Made by a program: the position numbers and the translations under genes. 64,000 nucleotides of DNA from Eledone cirrhosa. Lineage: Eukaryota. The notes beneath the pieces were generated by a model that was not told the origin of the DNA, searched no databases, and saw nothing but the letters and a program-made list of their open reading frames with translations. The stretch covers positions 50,530,001 through 50,594,000 of the forward strand of contig OZ024744.1 of NCBI GenBank assembly GCA_964016885.1, written 5' to 3'. Below are positions 51,716 to 64,000 of this stretch, one piece after another; within the stretch, counting starts at the first letter, position 1, and every line of letters begins with the position of its first letter.

Positions 51716-52960
51716 TGAGAGAGAGTGAGAGAGATGTGTATAAGTAAAGAACAGCTTTTCTTTCAAACACATGCTATATTGAACACTCAACTGTGCTCTA
51801 GTTTGATCAGTCCTATTAAGATAAGTATTTTCTGAATTTCTTTATTAGTTCTTGAATTTAAGAATACAACTGTCACAAATTAAGACTCATGTATAGTGGT
51901 CATGCAGGATACGATGAATAAGCACTCTGCCTACCCTGCAGGGTGGTCATGTTGGGGCCCATAATAAAAAGCACACAACCCACTCTGTAAGGTGGTCATA
52001 TTAGTGACATGACAAAAGGTACCCAGTCCACTCTAAGGTGTCCGTGTGGGTGACATGATGAAAAACAACTGGTCCACATTGTAAATGTGGTCGGCGTTAG
52101 GAAAGGCATCCAGCCGTAGAAACTAGGCCAGGAACAGTTCAGTATGGGCAAGACACATTCAGCTGATCTTACTTGTCTCACAACAGGACAACTTGTCTAA
52201 CCCATGCTAGCATGGAAAATAGATGTTAAATGATGATAATGAGGATGTATGTCTTATTTTAAAGTGTTCTTGGCTCCATCTTCAGAATAGTCCTATTAGT
52301 GGTCACATACTAAGTAGTGATTGTAAAATATCTTGGAAGTGGTAGGATATTAGATGGTTGAAGCATAACAGTTATTATAATTGGTTTCACGTATGTTGTA
52401 CCTGTGTTCATTTTTATTCTATCATAAAATTATCCAACTTCATTTTTTTTCTGTGGGAAATAATAATTTTAGGAAGAGAAAAGTGTACAGATTGGAACTG
52501 CATACATTCATGCACACGCTTGATTTTTTTTATAAGCTTACTGGATGCATCAGTCACTGTCAGGCAACCAATGTGACAACCACTGTACTCCTGGATATTC
52601 CTCAACATGATCCTGGATACCATGATAACTGGAAATGACATGGGTGTACGGGTACAACTCGATCATCACAGTGGAACATTTTAATTTAAATAGGAACCTT
52701 GTATTTCAATTAATTAATGAATTTTGAGAGATTTACTAAAATTATTATTTCGATACTAAAATAGTAACTTAACATATGGTTCTTATATAAAAGGATGCTG
52801 GGAAATTTTAATTTAAATAGAAACTTTTTAAAATGAAGAGTTTTGTTTCTTAGAACCTGAGCTGGTTTTGGGGTCAGGTTGGTATTGAAAGGGTTAATGA
52901 TATGTTGATGTGTATATTTATTAATGTTATGTATATATTCTACCTTCACTTCATTTCCAG

Positions 52961-53017
52961 AGTCAATTCCGATTTGACAATGAAAATTCGACAATCCTTT
53001 CTGAAAACACACGAAGG
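52961..53017 (+). CDS. Nbea: Neurobeachin/LRBA exon 6 (SQFRFDNENSTILSENTRR)
   Basis: tcatttccag acceptor and gtaagt donor; 57 nt (19 codons). Fills the 19-aa gap (recalled as GTFKFKAESDLFLAEHHKL in NBEA) between the flanking exons. Confidence 0.85.
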
Positions 53018-53344
53018 GTAAGTTACAGTTCTTTATTATTGTTGATGTTGTTAAAATGCACCCAGTACACTCTGTAAAGTGGTAGTGCTGGTGCTACATT
53101 AAATCACACCTTGTCTACCCTGCAAGGTGATAGTGCAGGTGTCAATAAAATGTTCCCAGTACATATTGCAAACTAGCCATAGAAACCACACAAAAAACGA
53201 ATGTATGAGCAAGACAGTCATCTGGCCAACCATGCCAGTATGAAAAATAGGTATAAAAAGGTGATGATGATAGTATGTGTGCGCGTGTGTGTTTTGTATT
53301 TGTTTGAATTCAATTAAAGAAATCCTAGTATACACACACACATA

Positions 53345-54716
53345 GATGATGCTCTAGAAAGTAGCAACTACAAAGGAATAAAACTAATGGACCAAGTTAT
53401 GAAAGTGCTGGAAAGAGTAAAATTAGAGAGATGCAGTTTGGTTTCATGCCTAGGAAAAGTATTACAGGTGCCCTCTTAGTGAGGCAACTACAAGAGAAGT
53501 TCCTAGCTAAAAGTAAACTGCTATATTTGGCTTTTGTTTTTCTAGAAAAGGCTTTTGTCAGAGTTGCTTGTTCTAATATCTGGTGGTCCTTAAGGAAATT
53601 AGGTGTAGAAGAATGACTTGTGAGAACAGTGTAAGTCATGTACAGAGGAGCTGACAATAAAGTGAGGAATTTAAGGTATAGTTAAGAGTTCATCAAAGTT
53701 CACTTCCTATCCCACTGCTGTTTGTTATAGTCCTTCAAGCCATAACAAGGGAGTTTAAAACTGGCTGTCCATGGGAACTTCTCGATGCAAATGATCTAGT
53801 CCATAAAAGAATGAGAAAATAATTTCTATGGAAACAGAATTTAAAATCAAAGCGTCTGAGAGTAAACTTAACTAAAACTAAAGTGAAGATAGGACCCAGA
53901 TTCCTTCAGGGAAGTGACCCTGCTCAAAATGAATGTAGAAAGGGAGTAGGCAAAAACTCCATATAATGTACACAATGTAAATCTTGGGTAGTAGGATAAC
54001 AGGTAGACTAACAGGAAAGGAAGACTTTGTATGTAGAAGATACACAGGGGCAATTGAGGAGAAGAGTGTCAGTGATGTAAACCTTTTCAAGTCACAAGAA
54101 GGGTCCATAGAAGTGGTTGATAGCTTCTGCAATCTAGGTGACTTAATTGGCAGCAGAGGAGGGTGCTCTGAGAGCATAATAACTAGAATAAGGATAGGAT
54201 GGAAGAAGTTTAGAGAATTACTCCTACAGTTGACAACAAAAGGTTTCTCACTACATACAAAGGGACAATCTTATGATGCCAGCTTTCGAAGTGTGATGCT
54301 TCATGGTAGTGAAAGATGGGCTGTGACTGCAGAGGACATGCATAGACTGGAGAGAAATGCTTTGTTGGATGTGCAATGTAAGTGTGAGAGAAAGGCTGAG
54401 CTTGGGCAAGCTGAAGAAGTTGGGTTTAAGAAGAATTTGAGGTGGTGTGCTGGAGAGAAGACTGTGTTGGTATGGACATGTGATACGCATGGATGATGAT
54501 TGATGGGTGAAGAAGTGCCAGGAAATGCCAGTGGGAGGAAGCCACAGTAGAGGTAGACCAAGAAAGACCTGGCAGAGGTGGTGAGAGCTGACCTCAAATC
54601 ACTGAGACTCACAAAGGAGTTGATGAAGGAATGCAACAAGTGGAGTGATGCTGGGCTGAAAACCCATCCAACCCATGCAAGCATTTGGAAAAACGGACGT
54701 AAAAACAATAATGATG
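53345..54716 (+). mobile_element. Decayed RTE family C 3' half
   Basis: MQFGF, LEKAF, GCPWELL, LHGSERW and terminal stem-loop. Confidence 0.87.
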
Positions 54717-54755
54717 GTTTGTGTGTGTATATATACTTGGATTTTTTTAATTGTC

Positions 54756-54803
<48 letters not shown>

Positions 54804-54900
54804 CAGGATTTCTTTGTCTTGCTCTCTTTCTCATCATCATTTGTATCTTGTGCTCATAATTTTGCATTATATATATATATATATATAGATATAGATAGAT

Positions 54901-57900
54901 GCACCCCAATCTGGACTACCTGGCGTTATAAAAGACAGATTCTATGAGTCACTAATGCTCACTACCTCCCAAATAACCGACAGTGACTACATAATTATTG
55001 CTAGTGACCTAAATGGTCATGTTGGGCAACATTGTGACGGCTATGATGGAATCCATGGAGGCTATGGGTTTGATACTAGAAATGAAGAAGGCTTCAGAAT
55101 CCTGGAATTATGTGATGCTAATAACCTAACTATCTGTAACACTACAAGCTCTTCGTACTCCTGGAGATGAGGGTTGCACATTTTTTTCGGGGGTATGTGT
55201 TACCCATATAAACTGTCTCCCTCTATTGGGGAAAATCGACTAACTTTTAAATTCCATCTGTGATAACATTTTACACGTTTTTATTGTATGTAAACTTCCC
55301 CCTTTGTATTTGTCCCCTTCTTTTGTGCCCCTGTGGCTAATAAAGAAATATATCTGTAACACAAACTTCAAAAGACGAGATAATCACTTGATCACCTATA
55401 GATCAGGGGAACACGCCGGTCAGATAGATTATATCCTTGCCAGAAGATGTGATAGTGTCTGTCGTAAATACTAAATCCCTCCCCCGTGAAGAATGCACCT
55501 CCCAACATAGCCTCATAGTCAGTGACCTCATAGTCAGGACTAGATGTACTCGACAACAGAGGAAGACTACCCTGAGGAGAAGAATATGGAAGTTGAAGGA
55601 CCCCACAGCCAATAACAAATTTAAAAGCATATTACTTGATGCTTTTGACAGTAAGGAAGAACAATTAGAGACGTACGATATAGAGAAACAGTGGGAATTC
55701 CTGAAAATTAACCTGCTGAAGGCAACAGATGAAATCTGTGGTTAGAGCAGACCTATAGGCAGGAGGGGTAACATGGTGGTGGAATAGTAAGGTGGAGGAG
55801 TCAATCAAGGCCAAAAAGCAGGCTTGGAAAGTATGGGGGAAGTAGAGAACACTATCAAGTGGCCAGGAGAGAAGCTAGGAGACAAGTGTACTTTGCAAGA
55901 AGGGAAGCAGAGGAAAGAAAGTTCAAGCATGTTCTACAACGCGAGAACCAAAAACGTGAGGTGTTCAGGATTGCAAGACAATGTGTCAAGGAAAACCGTG
56001 ATATTGTCGGGGAGAAGTGTGTCCATAATGATGATGGTGTACTTGCCATCACTGATGCTAAGAAGGTAGCTTGGAAGTGTCACTACGAGAGACTACTAAA
56101 TGAGGAGAATAAATGGGAAAAAGATAGTCTGCCCCAAATCGATCCAATAGAGGGACCAGCAGTGCAAGTTAAAGGTAGTATAATAAGTAAGGTAATCAAA
56201 GATATGAAGACAGGCACGGCAGCTGGGCCTTTGGAGTTAGTTGCTGAAATGCTGAAAGCATCTGGAATGGTGGGACACACTATGGTCACCTGTATAGTAA
56301 ACCAAGTCATAGAGAATAGAGTCATACCAAATGACTGGCGTAGCAGCTTCATCATTACCTGCTACATGGGTAAAGGAGATGCCCTAGATAGGGGAAACTA
56401 TAGAGGCATTAAATTAGTTGACCAGGTCATGAAGGTCACAGAAAGAGTTATAGCGCAACTAATCAGAGAACGAATTGATATAGATGAAATGTAATTTGGG
56501 TTTGTGTCAGGGAAAAGTACCACGGACGCTCTTTTCCTTGTATGACAACTACAGGAGAAGTACCTAGCTAAAAGTAAACTCCTATACTTAGCTTTTGTTG
56601 ACTTGGAGAAAGCCTTTGACATTATCTGGTGGGCTCTTAGAAAACTAGGTCTTGATGAATGGCTTGTGAGAGCTATACAAGCCATGTATAAAGAAACAGT
56701 CAGCAAGGTTAGAACTAACAATGAATATAGTGAAGAATTTAGCGTAAAGGTTGTTCATCAAGGCTCTGTCCTTAACCCCCTACTATTTATTATTGCCCTT
56801 CAGGCTATAACAGAGGAGTTCAAGACCGGCTGCCCATGGGAACTTCTACACGTAGATGATCTAACTCTCATAGCTGAATCGATGGCTGAACTAGAGAAGA
56901 AATTCCAAACACGGAAGCATGGCCTAGAATCAAAAGGCCTTAAAGTTAACTTGTCTAAGACTAAAGTTCTAGTATGTAGAAAGGAAAATAGGGTACAGGT
57001 ACCCTCTTGGAAATGGCCATGCTCAGTGTGTAGGAAAGGAGTAGGCAGAAATTCTATATTATGTCCCAAATGCAAACTATGGGTATATAAAAGATGTAGT
57101 GGGATCACAGGTAACCTATCTAAGAACGTAGATTATATATGTGGCCAATGCTCAGGTACAATAAGTAGCAAGTGCACATAGGATACTAGCTCCTTCTATT
57201 GCCCAGATGGTTCTATAGAAATAGTGGACAGCTTCCGTTACCTGGGTGACAAAATCAGCAGTGGTGGAGGGTGCTCTGAATGTACAGTAGCTAGTCAGAA
57301 TGGGATGGAAAAAGTTCAGAGAGCTTATACCACTATTGGCCACTAAAGGTTTCTCTCTAAAAATGAAAGGCAGATTGTATGATGCCTGTATACGAACAAC
57401 AATGTTACATGGCAGTGAGACATGGGATTTGTGTGCAGAGGATCTGTGCAGACTGGAGAGGAACGAAGCATCCATGCTCTATTGGATGTGTAATAGTAAT
57501 ATACGCGAACAGCAAAGCATATATGAACTAAGTGAGAAATTTGGAATAAGAGGGATCAGATGCTGTTTACTCAAGAGAAGACTACGTTGGTATAGTCGCG
57601 TGATGCGCTTGAAAGACAACAGTTGTATAAAAAAGTGCAGGGCGATCAAAATTGATGGAAGTTAAGGAGTAGGTAGACCCAGAAAAACCTGGGACAATTT
57701 GATAAATTCCGTCCTTACACACTTACACCTCTCAAAGACAATGTCACTGGACCGGGATCTTTGGCGCTACGCAGTAATACAGAAGACCTGCCTTGCCTAT
57801 GTATAAAGCGAAACCTACAGTCAGTAGGCACCTCTTAACCAAATATATACCCCACTCCACTACCCCTACCCCACTCCCACCAACACCACCCTATCTCCGT

Positions 57901-58198
57901 AAAGTTGGTACCACAACATCCAGTCCAAAATAAATGAGGTCGTGTAGGTGTCACGACAAAGAAACACACAGTCCACGCTGTAATGTGGCCGTGTAGGTAA
58001 CATGGTAAAAACCTCCCAGTCCACACTGTAAATGTGGTTGGTGTTAGGAAGGGCACCCAGCCGTAGAAAACCTGCCAGACAGTCCTATACGAGTGAGACA
58101 TGGTCACCCGAGCAATCTTACCTCAAGTTGGACAATTCCCGTCTAAACCCATGCTAACGTGGAAGATAGACGTTAAACGATGATGATGATGATGATGA
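54901..58198 (+). mobile_element. Near full-length decayed RTE family B copy (YADD changed to HVDD, several stops) carrying a 208-bp insertion
   Basis: Colinear with 25084-28164. Confidence 0.92.
55143..55350 (+). mobile_element. Short retroposed insertion with a 12-bp target-site duplication
   Basis: TATCTGTAACAC at 55131-55142 and 55351-55362; insert ends gctAATAAAgaaata. Confidence 0.85.
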
Positions 58199-58275
58199 TA
58201 TATATAGATCGAGTCCCACCCTTGCAAGCAGGGAAAAGTGGACATAAAATGATGATGATTATATATATATATATA

Positions 58276-58828
58276 TCATCATCATCATCATCATTTTACG
58301 TCTGCTTTTCCCTGCTTCCAAGGGTTGGACGGGTCCTATTCAGCACAGCATCTCTCCACTTGTCACGGTCCTTCGTCTTCTCCTCGGTGAGTTTCAGCGA
58401 TCTGAGATCTGCTCTCACCACCCCTGCCCATGTTTTTCGTGGTCTACCTCTACTGCATCTTCCTTCTACTGGGATTTCTTGGCACTTCTTGACCCAACGA
58501 TCATCCTCCATGCACATCACATGTTCATACCATCTCAGCCTTCTCTCCTGCATGCCACAACTTATCCCTCTTATACCCAGTTTCTCTCTCAATTCATCTA
58601 TGCTTGGTCGTTCACACACATTGACATTGCACATCCAACGGAGCATACTTGCTTCATTTCTCTCCAGCCATCGCATATCCTCTGCAGTTGCTGCCCATGT
58701 CTCACTACCATGAAGCATCGCGCATCTCACACAGACATCATATAACCACCCTTTCGTACGCAGGGAGAAACCCTTTGTCAACAGAGGAAGCAGCTCCCTA
58801 AACTTCTTCCAGCCGTCCTTATTCTAGA
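58276..58828 (-). mobile_element. RTE family C 3' fragment, antisense
   Basis: ORF 58296-58781 contains MLHGSETWAA...GRPRKTW. Confidence 0.9.
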
Positions 58829-59108
58829 TAGAGAGAGAGAGACACACAATCATGGCTGTGTGGTTAAGGAGTTCACAACCACATAGTTCTGAGGTGTCCT
58901 ACTGCCTGACACCTCAGGTTGATTAATACTTTGTGAATGGGATTTGAGAGACAGAAACTGCAGAAGCCCATCATATATATGTATGACTACCTGTCCATGT
59001 CTGTTTTTATGCCCTGTAATGGTCCAATAAAAAAAGTGATTCAATAAATAAATACCAAATTTTAAAAGAATGTATACATATTTTGGTTTTGGTTTTTCTC
59101 CATTACAG

Positions 59109-59249
59109 GTACTTTATGAGGGACGTCTCACCTCATCAATCGTATTTATGTACAACCCAATTGCCTGCGATAGTCAGCTCTGTTTAGAATCATCACCGAA
59201 AGGCAACATCTCACACTTTGTCCATTCCCCACATGCCCTCATGCTACAA
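59109..59249 (+). CDS. Nbea: Neurobeachin/LRBA exon 7 ([47 protein letters not shown])
   Basis: cattacag acceptor and gtaaga donor; 141 nt. Contains the QLCLESSPK...[11 protein letters not shown] signature. Confidence 0.95.
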
Positions 59250-59284
59250 GTAAGATTTTGGAAATTTTTTTAAATTTCATTTCA

Positions 59285-59700
59285 CGTAGGAGTTCTGTGA
59301 AAAAAGTATCCGACCTTGGGCTGGAGGATAGGAGGATAAAATACATGCTTGTTGGGAGTTCAATTACTAATCTACTTCGATGTAGACTCTTTGTGTCTCC
59401 ACACACTTAGCTTAGTGATCCTTCCACTATTTTAAGCATGTCTGGAATGCAATTCTTTCCAGAATGGCTTTCAGCTCTGCCATCACTATTCATATGGTGG
59501 CCTTTCAGTTATGTCTTCATTTTTCGGAAACAGCCAATAGTACAGCACCTCACAGCAACTGACATATCCAATGAGCTTGCCAAAAACCATACATGCACAT
59601 GAATGTATGTGTTTCCACCGTGTACATTTTTGTCTCCCTAATATCATTACTTCCCATGGGAAAATTATAGACATACTTTTTTGAACCTTCAAGTAAGATT
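59285..59700 (-). mobile_element. Mariner/MITE-like relic; related inverted copy at about 52440-52560
   Basis: TIR-like gaaaaaagtatccgac; 59560-59660 resembles the reverse complement of 52450-52557. Confidence 0.45.
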
Positions 59701-59828
59701 TTGGAGATTTTAAAAACATTTATTTCACACACTTAACCATCTCATCATATTCCTCATGAGAGAATTAGTTATTGGAAAATTTTGATTTTTCTAAAATCAT
59801 TAATGGTTTTATTATTAAGATAACTTAT

Positions 59829-60558
59829 TTGAGGTTGACTTTGCCTTTCATCCTTATGGGGTCGATAAAATAAAGTACCAGTAATGCACTGGGTAATTGC
59901 TGGCCTTGTGCCTAAAGTAGAAACAATTATTAAAATAACTTAATATATGGTTCATTTTTAAAATTATGTTGGAAAAATTAATTTGAATAGGAATTCTGTA
60001 TATCAATTAATGAAAAAAATTTGACAGTTTTATTAAAATTATTAATGATTCTCATTGCTAAGATACTAACTTAACATATGGTCATATGGTGTTTTAATAA
60101 AATAATGTTCAGTGATTGACTATTATTATAGTCAATTACATTTCACTTCTAAACAACAATGGTATCTATTTTATGTGTATTTTCTCTTTCACAGGATGTT
60201 AAGGCAATCATCACCCGGTCTCTACTCAGCACACTACATTCTCTTGGTGGAATAGAGGTAATGGTTTGATATATATATATCACATTCATTATTATTATTT
60301 TCTGTAAAACCCCACTGTCCCAGTCTTTTGTATTGTCTCCTATATGTCGGCCCTTGTGGCCAAGGTGGATTGGCAGTATCGGTAGAGGGTCGGACATCAT
60401 GCTTTCCAGCATAGTTACGTCCCTTTACGATCTGAGTTCAAATCCCGCCGAGGTTGACTTTGCCTTTCATCCTTACGGGGTCGATAAAATAAAGTACCAG
60501 TAATGCACTGGGTAATTGCTGGCCTTGTGCCTAAAGTAGAAACAATTATTATTTTTAT

Positions 60559-60607
<49 letters not shown>

Positions 60608-60957
60608 ACATTCATTATTATTATTATTACATTAATAATTGTTTCTAGTTTTGGCACAAGGCCAGCAATAAACCAGTGTATTACTGGTACTTTATTTTAT
60701 CAACCCCATAAGGATGAAAGGTAAAGTTAACCTCGGTGGGATTTGAACTCAGAATGGCAAGGGCCGTATAATGGTATTATTGGCAGTATCGGTAGTGGGT
60801 CGGACGCCATGCTTTCCAGCATAGTTACGTCCCTTTACGATCTGAGTTCAAATCCCGCCGAGGTTGACTTTGTCTTTCATCCTTACGGGGTCGATAAAAT
60901 AAAGTACCAGTAATGCACTGGGTAATTGCTGGCCTTGTGCCTAAAGTAGAAACAATT
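59829..60957. mobile_element. SINE family B copies: 59829-59928 (+), 60357-60546 (+), 60637-60755 (-), 60780-60957 (+)
   Basis: Same core as the 6067-7254 cluster. Confidence 0.88.
60195..60257 (+). CDS. Nbea: Neurobeachin/LRBA exon 8 (DVKAIITRSLLSTLHSLGGIE)
   Basis: ctttcacag acceptor and gtaatg donor; 63 nt. Resembles NBEA DVKAVLTHSIQSAMHSIGGVQ. Confidence 0.9.
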
Positions 60958-61034
60958 ATTATTATTATTACTATATATATATATATATATATATATCACA
61001 TTCATTATTATTATTATTACTACTATATATATAT

Positions 61035-62133
61035 AACGAAGGAAATGTGGTAAGGAACCAGGTGGACCATAACGCACCAAAGTACTCAATACTTAGGGTA
61101 GTAGAGTGGGTAATAGGAACAAGTAAGACCCCGACGGCTGAGCTCAAGCCGTTTCAACGGCTAATTCTGGACTGAATGAAAATTTATTCTGGTATTTAAA
61201 TAGCCGAGCTTATCAAGGGGTAATTCCATATATGGTCAAAGAGATAATGACCAGGATTGGTCACATCACAAGTTAGTAGTAAATCTGTGATGGCAAATTG
61301 GTGGGGGAAGGGGTAGCTAAACCTGCCGGTAGGAGAAAAGGGGAGAGGGGTTGGAGTAGACCCATTCATGCGTTGGTAGTGCCGGCTACAGCTGGGCGTG
61401 AGGTCAAAGAGGATACTGGGGAGGGGTAGGGGGAGGAAGTTGAAACGGTAAGTAGAACAATGAAGGGTAAAACTATAAAAAGTACTGAGAGAAAAAAAAA
61501 TAAGCAAAGTCTGGTTACTAAGACTTAAGACTCTCGCTATTGCTAGGCTAAAGAAATACATAAATAAATAAATAAACAAATAAGTGAAAAGAATAGATAA
61601 ATAAATTTAAAAAAAAATATATAATGAAGAATAAAAAAATAAATAATAATAATAAAAATAAACTAGGTGGGACGGAAATAAAGGACCCTTATACGAGGTA
61701 TAAGTGCGTGTATCGTACGGTGACGGGTCAACAAAGGGGGGCTCAAAATACTAATGAGACTACCACAAAATAATAAAGGTTTCTACCCCAATCACAGGGC
61801 CAGCAACCACCCAGTGCAAGAAAGTAAAGTAGTACGAGAATATAATTCAGGGTCCCGCAAAAAAATACTTGTGCTAACTCTAAGGGTACCGCCACAAAAC
61901 AAAAAGTCTTATACAAGCTACATGAAAGATCGTACAAAGTAAAAGTAAAGAACGGAAAATTAATACAGAAACACGTAATCGGTGTTTACATGCAGTAACC
62001 AGTTCATCTTTCTTGTTTAGGAGTTGGTCCGTTGAAAACAGCATTTGTAAAGTTTCCTCCGAGCATAAATTGCACGGACGGCGTCCCCCCGTGTAAGAGT
62101 TGGCTCTGGACAGTAATTTCCAAGTGAGATCAT
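61035..62133 (-). repeat. Inverted pseudo-LTR of the adjacent Penelope-like element
   Basis: 61974-62133 is the reverse complement of about 63589-63749, and 61931-61967 of about 63965-64000. Confidence 0.85.
61128..61221 (-). ncRNA. Type I hammerhead ribozyme, U3-A8 core variant
   Basis: Minus strand: acccc TTGATAA gct cggcta ... tagccg tt GAAA cggct tgagctc agccg TC | ggggt. Confidence 0.7.
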
Positions 62134-62134
62134 C

Positions 62135-63813
62135 GCCGACCGTACCGAACCCCTAGACCCACGGACACCCTACTTCACACTGAAGGACCACAAATCCGAT
62201 TTCGACCGTAAACCATCTATCAGGCTTATAAACCCAACGAAGTCCGACATAGGGAGAATCAGCAAAAAAATCCTAGACCGCGTGATACCAAAAGTCAAGC
62301 AACACGCCCGACTTAGCCTATGGATCAACACCCAGGAAGTTATCTCATGGTTCAGCAATATGGAGGATAAACGAGACACTAAATTTATCCAGTTCGACAT
62401 AGAGAGCTACTATGCTTCAATCACCTTACCGCTACTTACTGCCGCCTTGGACTTCGCCAAAGCACTTGTGCCCATCACCGACCAGGAAAGAAAAATCATC
62501 CTCCACGCCAGGAAGACAGTCTTACTCTTTGACAACTCCAAATGGAAAAAAAAGAGCTCCCGACTCACCCTTCGACGTCAGCATGGGCTGAGGTCACAGA
62601 TTCGGCGGAGGTCACAGATCTTATAGGATTATTCCTTATAGCCAAACTCACCGATATGTTTCCTGCTTTCGGTGGTGTTTTGTACCGTGATGATGGGCTC
62701 CTTACCCTTAAAGGGTACAACCCCATTAGTACAGATCGGATCCATAAACAATTAATCAGCTTCTTCCGCGACTGGGGATTTAAAATAACCCTACAAACGT
62801 CCCTGACCCGAGTTAATTTCCTGGACGTTACCCTCGATCTCAATAATGACCTGTACTACCCATACAGGAAACCCAGTGACAACCTGCACTACATCCACCG
62901 CCGATCTAACCATCCTAGGAACATCACCAACAACCTGGTCAAAAACATCTCCCACCGCATATCCCGTTTGTCAGCTAATGAGAAGATATTCGATGAACAT
63001 GCGCCTTACTACAACCAGGCCCTCAAGCGGAGTGGTTTCCGGGAGGAAATATCCTACTGTCCAGCTCCCATTAGCGGAACCAGCAGGCGACACCGCCGCT
63101 CACGCAATGTAACATGGTTCAATCCTCCCCACAACGCCGAGGTGACAACTCCCATCGGGAAAATTTTCTTTAGGCTCATTGAAAAACACTTCCCACCACA
63201 ACACCACTACGACAACATAATTAACAAAAATACCATCAAACTCTCTTACAGCACTACACCTAACTTCGCACAAAACATTGTCTCCTCCAACAACAAAAAA
63301 CTCAACCCCGATAGAAGAAACAACCTAAATAGCAGTGGAGAGCCGACCAGGAGGTGCAACTGTCCTGATAGATCCAGTTGCCCCCTCGACAACAGATGCA
63401 GAGACCGTAATGTGATCTACCAGTGCAACGTGAGCACGGACACCTCCAACAAAGCTTATATAGGATTAACCGCATGTGACTTCAAGACCCGGCTATACCA
63501 ACACAGACATACCTTCCGAAACCCGGCCCGGCGTCACGCCACTACACTTTCGGGCCACATATGGGACCTCAAGGACAACAACATCAACTATGATCTCACT
63601 TGGAAATTACTGTCCAGAGCCAACTCTTACTCGGGAGGACGCCGTCCGTGCAATTTATGCTCGGAGGAAACTTTACAAATGCTGTTTACGACGGACCAAC
63701 TCCTAAACAAGAAAGATGAACTGGTTACTGCATGTAAACACCGATTACGTAGGACTTACCTCGCCCTCAAACCCCATAATGACCCGGGGGGGGGGGGTAG
63801 GCTAGGGCTATAA
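62135..63813 (+). mobile_element. Penelope-like retroelement ORF, 5'-truncated and frameshifted near 62550-62600: RT plus C-terminal GIY-YIG endonuclease (probably Nematis-like)
   Basis: TLKDHK, IRLINP, IQFDIESYYASI, LYRDDGL, NFLDVTL, WFNPP, CNC...CPL...C linker, VIYQC...AYIGLT...RLYQH and CNLCSEE. Confidence 0.92.
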
Positions 63814-64000
63814 CACCCCACTTGCCTATTTGTAATGGGTAACCCCTGCTTGCCAATGGAGACGTAAGATCTTTTACATTCTTTTATCGCTTCCTCTATA
63901 TTTCCTCCTTCCCCCCATCCCTCCCTACTCCTTCTACCCCAGTTCCTTTTCTTTGTCGTCGTCTTTGTATTAATTTTCCGTTCTTTACTTTTACTTCGTA

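Overview
Animal genomic DNA, most likely an octopus (inferred from repeat families I recall as octopus-type and the very large TA microsatellites). The window lies inside a + strand neurobeachin/LRBA-family gene. Eight GT-AG exons (10670-60257) splice in frame to 291 aa of the N-terminal ConA-like/ARM region. The introns, one of them about 29 kb, are packed with retroelements: three related RTE LINE families (one copy has an intact APE+RT ORF with a PHD finger inserted in the RT), BovB-like, CR1-like and R4/Dong-like remnants, two SINE families, a Penelope-like element, mariner and LTR relics, and tandem arrays. The main unexpected signal is six type I hammerhead ribozyme motifs from five sequence-unrelated families. 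Three of them sit in non-coding elements built as repeat-unique-HHR-repeat, whose 5' ends map at or about 12 nt from the predicted self-cleavage site (retrozyme-like). All alignments and RNA folds were done by eye, and repeat boundaries are approximate.
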